DNA of 46,782 nt from Eledone cirrhosa (Eukaryota), in the NCBI GenBank assembly GCA_964016885.1, contig CAXHJY010001542.1, positions 1-46,782 on the forward strand, read 5' to 3'. Position 1 is the first letter of the stretch. Each line of letters begins with the position of its first letter. The notes under the pieces were generated by a model that was not told where the DNA came from, did not search any database, and saw nothing but the letters and a program-made list of their open reading frames with translations. Positions 36,379 to 46,782 of the stretch are shown here, piece after piece. The translations under genes were made by a program, and so were the position numbers.

Positions 36379-37211
36379 TATACTGTAACCATCGTTTAAA
36401 ATCTACATTTTCATATTATAAATACTACCAGGATTGAACGCCTGTCTCTATCCCCGTTTGATTGTCAAAATTGATATTAACATTCTTTATTAGTCTTAAT
36501 TCTATCAACTCTTCTATTATTTACCTTTTAATACAAACTGCTATAGATAAAATGAGATTTCTGATTTCTTGATTCAATTCCCTAATGCATATACCAGCTG
36601 GCTACTAGCATTGATGTTATTTAGTAGCAATCGAAATCTCCCCCTTCCCCAATTGACACTTTATAATTAATACTACTGCACCAAATGACCAGCCCTGTCC
36701 ACTGTCCAGTTGGTCAAGTAGAGATTAAAATTGGCACTCCCAAAATTCTTATTTAGATTTACTCATGGTATTCTCATTAGAAACCCATTATATACTTGTT
36801 TAGCAGTAAATTAATTTACCATCTGTCATATACTATCCCCTCTGTTTCTTCCTCTATTACTAATATAAATACTTCAATTTTTCTGATTTTATCCAATTTA
36901 TCCAAAATCTCTGAAGAAGTGACAACTGATTATACATTTGCTATCGAATACTTGCTAACATTATATGATTACGCAAGCAGCGATACATAGGTATTCAGTC
37001 TGTTACAGAAACATATGTCAATACCTTATAAATTCCTTTTTTAAAAAAAGCACTTTCATTTTTTATATTCATCCTTTCTACATTTTCTCCGGAATATAAT
37101 TTATACTCGTTGAGCAAACCTGCACGTACGCTGTTCATCTCTAACGTAACGATATATTATCACTACATTATTGATAACCTGAAATTTTATATATATATAT
37201 ATATGTATATA

Positions 37212-37272
<61 letters not shown>

Positions 37273-37355
37273 GTTTATATATATGTATATATATATGTTT
37301 ATATATATGTTTATATATGTATATATATATATATATGTTTATATATGTATATATG

Positions 37356-37400
<45 letters not shown>

Positions 37401-37415
37401 GTATATATATATATG

Positions 37416-37447
<32 letters not shown>

Positions 37448-38029
37448 TATAAGTATATATATATATATATGTCTATATATATGTATATAAATGTATATAT
37501 GTATATATATGTATATATGTATATATATGTATATATATGTATGTATATATATGTAGATATATATGTATGTATATATATATGTATATATATATGTATGTAT
37601 ATATATATATGTATATATATATATGTATAAATATATGTATATATATATGTATATATACGTATATATATATTAGAAAATATATAGCTTTCACCGTATTTTT
37701 AACTAAAAGAATTTAGCTTGATAACGGGGTTTAGAACCCTCAGATAAATGGAAAAAGATGAGTATTGACGTAAATGTATATATATATATATGTATATATG
37801 TATATATATGTATATGTGTATATATATGTATATATATGTATATATCTGTATATATATGTGTATATATGTATATATATGTATATATGTATATTTATCTGTA
37901 TATATATGTATATATGCATCATTTACGTCTGCTTCTCCCTGCTTGCAAGAGTAGGACGGCAACTGATTCTGGCTTGATTTCTACAGCGGGATGCCCTTCC
38001 TAACACCAACCTCATTTACAGCGAGTGGA

Positions 38030-38135
38030 TTTATAAAGTGTCTTGCTCAAGGAAACACATCACCCGGTCTGAGAGTTGAACTCACAACCTTTCGATTGCA
38101 AGGCCAATGCTCTAACCATTAAGCCATGTGCCTCC
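38030..38135 (-). mobile_element. tRNA-derived SINE head (different family)
   Basis: TGGCTTAATGGTTAGAGCA (A box) ... GAGTTCAACTC (B box) ... TCCTTGAGCAAGACACTT. Confidence 0.65.
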
Positions 38136-38156
38136 ATATATGTATATGTATATACG

Positions 38157-38194
<38 letters not shown>

Positions 38195-39534
38195 CGTGTA
38201 TATATTTAAATATGTGTATATATATAAATATGTATATATATATATATGTATATATATGTATATGTGTATATATATGTATATATATGTATATGTATATATA
38301 TTTATATATGTATATATATGTATATATATGTATATATGTCTATATATATATGTATATATGTGTATATATATATGTATATATATATTTATACATATATATA
38401 TACATATATGTATATAAATGTATATATATATATGTATATATATTTATACATATATATATACATATATGTATATAAATGTATATATATATATGTATATATA
38501 TTTATACATATATATACATATATGTATATAAATGTATATATATATATATATGTATATATATTTATACATGTATATACATATATATATGTATGTAAATGTA
38601 TATATATATATATGTATATATATTTATACATGTATATACATATATATATATGTATGTAAATGTATATATATATATGTATACATATTTATACATGTATATA
38701 CATATATATATGTAAATGTATATATATATTTATACATATACATACATATAAATATGTATATATATGTATATATATATTTATACATAAATATACATATATA
38801 TATGTATATGCATATATATGTGTATATATATATATGTATATGTATATATATATGTATATATATATATGTATATATATATATGTATATATATGCATATATG
38901 TATATATCTGTATATATCTGTATATATCTGTATATATACAGATATATACAGATATATACATATATATATATATATACACTGTATATATGTATATATATGT
39001 ATATATGTATATATATGTATATATATACATATGTTTATACGTGTATATATATATATGTATATACGTGTATCTATATATATGTATATATATATGTATGTAT
39101 ACAAGTGTATATATATATATGTATGTATACACGTGTATATATATATATGTATATGCGTGTATGTATATATATATATGTATATATATATGTATGTATATAT
39201 ACATATGTATATATATGTATATATATTTATATATGTTTATATATGTATATATGTGTATATATATATGTATATATATTTATACATATATATATACATATAT
39301 ATATGTATATAATTGTATATGTATATTTATACATATATATACATATAAATATATATATATATGTATATATATATTTATACATATATATATACATATATGT
39401 ATATGTATATAAATGTATATATATATTTATAATATATATACATATATATATGCATATATATGTATACATGTATATATATTTATACATATTTATACATATA
39501 TATATATATGTGTGTGTGTGTATATTTTATATGT

Positions 39535-39710
39535 GGGAGGGTCATGCTAACAATTTTGGGAGTGGGACAATCGACTCGAGTGCACTACTGGTACTTTATT
39601 TTAACAACCCCATAAGGATGAAAGGCAAAGCTAACCTCTGCGGGATTTTAACTTGGAACGTAAATGGCCATAACTCTATGCCGCAGTGCATGGTGTCCGA
39701 CGGAGTCTAC
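39535..39710 (-). mobile_element. SINE family 1
   Basis: Central domain and head recognisable. Confidence 0.75.
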
Positions 39711-39803
39711 TGTCAATATACAGCTAACCCTTGCTTTTTCTGTTTCTAAATAAGAAATAGAGTTATTTCCCTTGATTCATTTCCTTTTTTTTCATTAAAC
39801 TGT

Positions 39804-39990
39804 GAAATTGCAGTATCGGTAGAGGGTCGGACGCCATACTTTGACGCACAGAGTTACGGCCCTTGCCATTCCGAGTTCAAATCCCGCCGAGATTAACTTT
39901 GCCTTTCATCCTTACGGGGTCTATAAAATAAAGTACCAGTAATACACTTGGGATTTGCTGGCCTTTTGCCAAAAGTAGAAACAATTATTT
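39804..39990 (+). mobile_element. SINE family 1 with target-site duplication
   Basis: Full-length plus-strand copy flanked by TTTTTTTCATTAAACTGT direct repeats. Confidence 0.87.
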
Positions 39991-40113
39991 CATTTTTTTC
40001 ATTAAACTGTAACGAAGTAATGTCCCTTAGAAATATGTCAATACAGAGTTGTTTTCCTTAAAGATATCAGAACAAAGCAATTCTGTATTTATCTTATATA
40101 TACACATATACAA

Positions 40114-40148
<35 letters not shown>

Positions 40149-40278
40149 AGTATATATATATATATATATATATATATACAAGTATATATATATATATATA
40201 TATATACAAGTATATATATATATATATATATATATATACAAGTATATATATATATATATATATATATATACAAGTATA

Positions 40279-40312
<34 letters not shown>

Positions 40313-40320
40313 CAAGTATA

Positions 40321-40354
<34 letters not shown>

Positions 40355-40357
40355 CAA

Positions 40358-40428
<71 letters not shown>

Positions 40429-40786
40429 AGTATATATATATATACAAGTATATATATATATACAAGTATATATATATATATATATATACTTGTATATATA
40501 TATATATATATATATACATATATATACAAGTATATATATATATATACAAGTATATATATATATATATATATATATATACAAGTTATTGCTCGCACCAACC
40601 TGAGGTTTCTGATTTTTAATGCGATGAAATACCAATGATGGTTGGGAAATCACTGACGAAGGACTATTTTTATAATATGTAACCCATGTGCAAACCACGC
40701 AGTATTCTTCTTTCTTCTCAAGTTTATATATATATATATACATACAAGTATATATATATATATATATACTAGTATATATATATACT

Positions 40787-40866
<80 letters not shown>

Positions 40867-40888
40867 TATGTATGTATATATACATGTA

Positions 40889-41175
<287 letters not shown>

Positions 41176-41208
41176 ATATGTATGTATGTATGTATATATA
41201 TATGTATG

Positions 41209-41353
<145 letters not shown>

Positions 41354-41407
41354 GTATGTATATATATGTATATATATATGTATGTATATATATATATATA
41401 TATGTAT

Positions 41408-41445
<38 letters not shown>

Positions 41446-41454
41446 GTATGTATG

Positions 41455-41579
<125 letters not shown>

Positions 41580-41608
41580 GTATATATATATATGTATATA
41601 TATATATG

Positions 41609-41755
<147 letters not shown>

Positions 41756-41756
41756 G

Positions 41757-41843
<87 letters not shown>

Positions 41844-41860
41844 GTGTATATATATATATG

Positions 41861-42012
<152 letters not shown>

Positions 42013-42019
42013 ATATATG

Positions 42020-42050
<31 letters not shown>

Positions 42051-42080
42051 GTATATATATATATACATGTATATATATAT

Positions 42081-42141
<61 letters not shown>

Positions 42142-42143
42142 CT

Positions 42144-42188
<45 letters not shown>

Positions 42189-42189
42189 T

Positions 42190-42225
<36 letters not shown>

Positions 42226-42339
42226 TAAGAGGAATTCCAACTTTGTCTGATTTACTCCTTTTATTTACAATCCTTTAAAATTTATATAATGGTATTATAA
42301 TGAAATAGTATGATAGAATATTAAATTCTAAGTGTTAAT

Positions 42340-42378
42340 TGAACAAGTACTTTCATGCTTTCGCAATCTTCAGGTTCA
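42340..42378 (-). ncRNA. Minimal type I hammerhead (inverted copy)
   Basis: TGAAC CTGAAGA TTGC-GAAA-GCAT GAAA GTAC TT/GTTCA on the minus strand. Confidence 0.8.
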
Positions 42379-42451
42379 TAATATGTGGTGACAGTCAAGT
42401 TTGCAATTTTCAACTGTTTAAAATTGCAAACTTGACTGTCACCACATATTA

Positions 42452-42490
42452 TGAACCTGAAGATTGCGAAAGTATGAAAGTACTTGTTCA
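42452..42490 (+). ncRNA. Minimal type I hammerhead ribozyme motif
   Basis: TGAAC CTGAAGA TTGC-GAAA-GTAT GAAA GTAC TT/GTTCA; palindromic stem III AAGTACTT. Confidence 0.78.
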
Positions 42491-42687
42491 ATTAACACTT
42501 AGAATTTAATATTCTATCATACTATTTCATTATAATACCATTATAAATTTTAAAGGATTGTAAATAAAACGAGTAAATCAGACAAAGTTGGAATTCCTCT
42601 TATTAATATAATCTTCTATACACAATCATACACACCCGTGTATATTTAACTATCTATCTCTATATATATACATATATATATATACAA

Positions 42688-42734
<47 letters not shown>

Positions 42735-42810
42735 AGTATATATATATACAAGTATATATATATATATATACATACAAGTATATATATATATATACATATA
42801 TATATACAAG

Positions 42811-42869
<59 letters not shown>

Positions 42870-42877
42870 ATATATAT

Positions 42878-42918
<41 letters not shown>

Positions 42919-42947
42919 AGTATATATATATATATATATATATACAA

Positions 42948-42994
<47 letters not shown>

Positions 42995-42995
42995 A

Positions 42996-43032
<37 letters not shown>

Positions 43033-43033
43033 A

Positions 43034-43070
<37 letters not shown>

Positions 43071-43103
43071 AGTATATATATATATATATATATATATATA
43101 CAA

Positions 43104-43156
<53 letters not shown>

Positions 43157-43157
43157 A

Positions 43158-43196
<39 letters not shown>

Positions 43197-43197
43197 A

Positions 43198-43240
<43 letters not shown>

Positions 43241-43241
43241 A

Positions 43242-43278
<37 letters not shown>

Positions 43279-43279
43279 A

Positions 43280-43326
<47 letters not shown>

Positions 43327-43327
43327 A

Positions 43328-43378
<51 letters not shown>

Positions 43379-43443
43379 AGTATATATATATATATATATA
43401 TATATATACAAGTATATATATATATATATATATATATATACAA

Positions 43444-43481
<38 letters not shown>

Positions 43482-43551
43482 AAAAAGGGATGAAATCGAA
43501 AATGCAACTGAAGTCTTATTTTTTAAAAAAAATATATATATTTATTTGGTT

Positions 43552-43589
43552 CCTTTACCGGTTTCGCAGTTCTTCTGCTTTTCAAAAGG
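43552..43589 (-). ncRNA. Minimal hammerhead, U3-A8 core variant (inverted copy)
   Basis: Exact reverse complement of 43683-43720. Confidence 0.8.
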
Positions 43590-43682
43590 TGAGTTGAGAT
43601 GGAGGGTCTGTGGTTTTTCTCACATCTGAGATGTGGTTTTTCTCAGATGTGAGAAAAACCACAGACCCTCCATCTCAACTCA

Positions 43683-43720
43683 CCTTTTGAAAAGCAGAAG
43701 AACTGCGAAACCGGTAAAGG
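43683..43720 (+). ncRNA. Minimal hammerhead, U3-A8 core variant
   Basis: CCTT TTGAAAA GCAG-AAGAA-CTGC GAAA CCGG TA/AAGG. Palindromic stem III ACCGGT; GUA site. Confidence 0.8.
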
Positions 43721-43851
43721 AACCAAATAAATATATATATTGAAAAAAAAAATAAGACTTCAGTTGCATTTTCGATTTCATCCCTTTTTCTTTATACTTC
43801 CACTCGTGTAGGACACCTCGGTTATTTTTCATTTTGTAAAAAAAACCTCAC

Positions 43852-43901
<50 letters not shown>

Positions 43902-43929
43902 AAGTATATTTATTAAAATAACAGATTAA

Positions 43930-43980
43930 AGTTTAAGTAAAGAATCGCTGCTTTCACCCTTAACGGGATCTTCTGAAACT
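43930..43980 (-). ncRNA. Degenerate hammerhead motif (U4 mutated)
   Basis: AGTTT CAGAAGA TCCC-GTTAA-GGGT GAAA G...C TT/AAACT. Confidence 0.4.
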
Positions 43981-44561
43981 AACAAAGTCAATCTGTAAAC
44001 GCAGAAGTGGATATTTCAAAAAACGTTGCAACCGGAGGAAGACAGGAAGACGATATATATATATACATGCATATATATATATATATACATACACACATGC
44101 ATATATATATTCATATATACATGCATATATATATATATATATACATGCATATATATATATATACATGCATATATATATACATATATACATGCATATATAT
44201 ATACATATATACATGCATATATATACATATATACATGCATATATATACATGCATATATATATACACATACATACAATGCTATACCCTGACAGACAGGTTA
44301 TTTTTTGGTCAAAAGCTAACAACGGTACCTGTCTAATTGCTTCACATTAATATCACAACACCACACCACACCACACCACACCACACCACCACCACACCAC
44401 ACCACACCACACCACACCACACCACACCACACCACACCACACCACCACCACACCACCACCACTAAATCATAAAAAATGTTTAACACTACAAGTGAATTCA
44501 TTCTTTTCCTTCTTTCCAAATATACCTAACTGTACCAAGGATCTCACACATTTTCCAATAT

Positions 44562-44592
<31 letters not shown>

Positions 44593-44597
44593 CATAC

Positions 44598-44650
<53 letters not shown>

Positions 44651-45190
44651 CCATCCATCCACCATCATTCTTTTACTGAAATGGCGTTTCAAAAAACTGT
44701 GTCTAAGTATTTGTGAGAGTATATATACATTTAAACACACAGACACACACACACACAGACACACAGACACACACACACACAGACACACACAGACACACAC
44801 ACACACACACACACCTATCTATATATTTAGGTTGCTGCTAATTGCTTCAACGCTATGAAAAATAGTCAGGCAAGTTAGGCATATAAGCTGCTGGAGATAG
44901 CATCAGGTGTGGGACTGGATCTCACACATACGGTATGTCGGACGGCGGCTTTATCATTACACCAAGGCGAAACTGGCAACATTTCCGTCAATTTGAAGTC
45001 ATATCTATCGGTCAGTGAATGTAAGCAAACTATCATCATCATTTAAAAATAATCTCAGCCAGATATGTGACTGCATAAACGGGTACTATGTTACACAGTC
45101 TAATATTAGCTCAGGACCCTAAATAGCCCTTCGTCGACCCCAGATTTTGAGAAGACTTGTTTAGGTGACAAATTTCCTATGTAGTAGCGA

Positions 45191-45231
<41 letters not shown>

Positions 45232-45235
<4 letters not shown>

Positions 45236-45417
45236 TGTTTCTACTTTAGGCACAAGGCCAGCAATTACCCAGTGCATTACTGGTACTTTATTTTATCGAC
45301 CCCGTAAGGATGAAAGGCAAAGTTAACCTCGGCGGGATTTGAACTCAGACCGTAAAGGGACGTAACTATGCTGGAAAGCATGGCGTCCGACTCTCTACCG
45401 ATACTGCCAATCCACCA
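45232..45417 (-). mobile_element. SINE family 1 (near-consensus)
   Basis: GGTGGATTGGCAGTATCGGTAG...GAGTTCAAATCCCGCC...GCCTTTCATCCTTACGGGGTCGATAAAATAAAGTACCAG. Confidence 0.88.
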
Positions 45418-45624
45418 ATTATATATATTTACTCTTTTACCTGTTCCAGCCATCCGGCTGAGGCCATGCTGGATATATTATATATATATATTATATATAT
45501 ATATATTATATATATATATTATTTATATATATTATATATATTATATATATATATATATTATATATATATATTATTTATATATATTATATATATATATTAT
45601 ATATATATATATATTATATATATA

Positions 45625-45667
<43 letters not shown>

Positions 45668-45834
45668 ATATATATTATATATATGTATTATATATATGTA
45701 TTATATATATATATTATATATATATATATATTATATATATATATATTATATATATATATGTGTGTGTGTGTAATATATATATAATATATATATATAATAT
45801 ATATATATTATATATATATATAATATATATATAT

Positions 45835-45866
<32 letters not shown>

Positions 45867-46077
45867 ATTATATATATATATATGTGTGTGTGTGTAATAT
45901 ATATATAATATATATATATAATATATATATATTATATATATATATAATATATATATATTATATATATATATTATATATATATATTATATATATATATGTG
46001 TGTGTGTGTAATATATATTGATGGTAACTGTGGTGATAGTAGCAGCAGCAGCAGTATTATTATTATTATTATTAGAA

Positions 46078-46782
46078 ATAGTAGTAGCAGTAGTAGTAGT
46101 AGTAGTAGCGGTAGTAGTAGCAACAGTAGTAGCAGTAGATGTAGTAGCAGCAGCAGCAGTAGCAGCAGTAGCAGTAGCAGCAGTAGTAGTAGCAACAGTA
46201 GTAGCAGTAGCAGTAGCAGCAGTAGTAGCAGTAGCAGCAGTAGCAGCAGTAGTAGTAGCAACAGTAGTAGCAGTAGTAGTAGTAGCAGTAGCAGTAGTAG
46301 CAGCAGTAGCAGTAGCAGTAGCAGTAGCAGCAGTAGCAGCAGTAGCAGTAGCAGCAGTAGCATCAGCAGTAGCAGTAGCAGTAGCAGCAGTAGTAGCAGT
46401 AGCAGCAGCAGCAGTAGTAGCAGCAGTAGCAGCAGTAGTAGCAGTAGCAGTAGCAGCAGTAGCAGCAGTAGTAGTAGCAGCAGTAGTAGTAGCAGCAGTA
46501 GCAGCAGTAGTAGCAGTAGCAGCAGTAGTAGTAGTAGTAGCAGCAGTAGTAGTAGCAGTAGCAGCAGTAGCTGCAGTAGCAGTAGCAGTAGTAGCAGTAG
46601 CAGCAGTAGTAGCAGTAGCAGCAGTAGCAGCAGTAGTAGCAGTAGCAGCAGTAGTAGTAGTAGTAGCAGCAGTAGTAGTAGCAGTAGCAGTAGCAGCAGT
46701 AGCAGCAGTAGCAGTAGCAGCAGTAGCAGCAGTAGTAGCAGTAGCAGTAGTAGTAGCAGTAGCAGTAGTAGTAGCAGCAGTA
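46078..46782. repeat. (AGT/AGC)n trinucleotide tract running off the window
   Basis: Seen directly. Confidence 0.97.

Larger units (their letters stand above)
42218..42655. mobile_element. Fold-back Penelope-like terminal-repeat remnant
   Basis: ~190-bp arms 42218-42410 and 42420-42610, a hammerhead in both, a short one-sided tail, and (TA)n flanks. Confidence 0.7.
43475..43858. mobile_element. Fold-back Penelope-like terminal-repeat remnant
   Basis: ~156-bp arms 43475-43631 and 43641-43796, a hammerhead in both, a one-sided tail, and (TA)n flanks. Confidence 0.7.

Noticed and set aside
37680-37760. Possible U3-A8 hammerhead (TTGATAA-CGGGGTTTAGAACCCT)
   Set aside because: No GAAA, stem III or stem I partner in the correct order.
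38060-38135. tRNA gene
   Set aside because: It has A/B boxes but no acceptor stem, and it runs into a SINE body.
40580-40725. CTGACGA and CTGAGG motifs in an island between (TA)n tracts
   Set aside because: Could not build stem II plus GAAA plus UH consistently.

Overview
AT-rich, repeat-dense eukaryotic genomic DNA. It is probably cephalopod (octopus-like), inferred from SINE style and microsatellite load, not proven. The only host gene is a complete 11-exon, 475-aa secreted matrix metalloproteinase on the minus strand (CDS 26198->6408; signal peptide, PRCGVKD cysteine switch, [12 protein letters not shown] zinc motif, hemopexin domain), and all ten introns are GT-AG with matching phases. 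Intron 1 holds a ~7 kb array of ~138 x 51-bp units. The array starts exactly at the exon-1 donor, and nearly every unit re-creates an in-phase donor. Scattered through the (TA)n tracts are short, mostly fold-back elements carrying minimal type I hammerhead ribozyme motifs of the Penelope-like retroelement kind: 9 with an intact core, one family with a compensatory U3-A8 core, plus 1 degenerate. The 71-bp satellite at 3418-5260 aligns over its whole unit to one of these hammerhead elements. Also present are a second satellite with an internal inversion, 5'-truncated CR1 and R4/Dong LINE fragments, many tRNA-derived SINEs and a pogo/Tigger-like MITE. Nearly all long ORFs in the supplied track are microsatellite artefacts.
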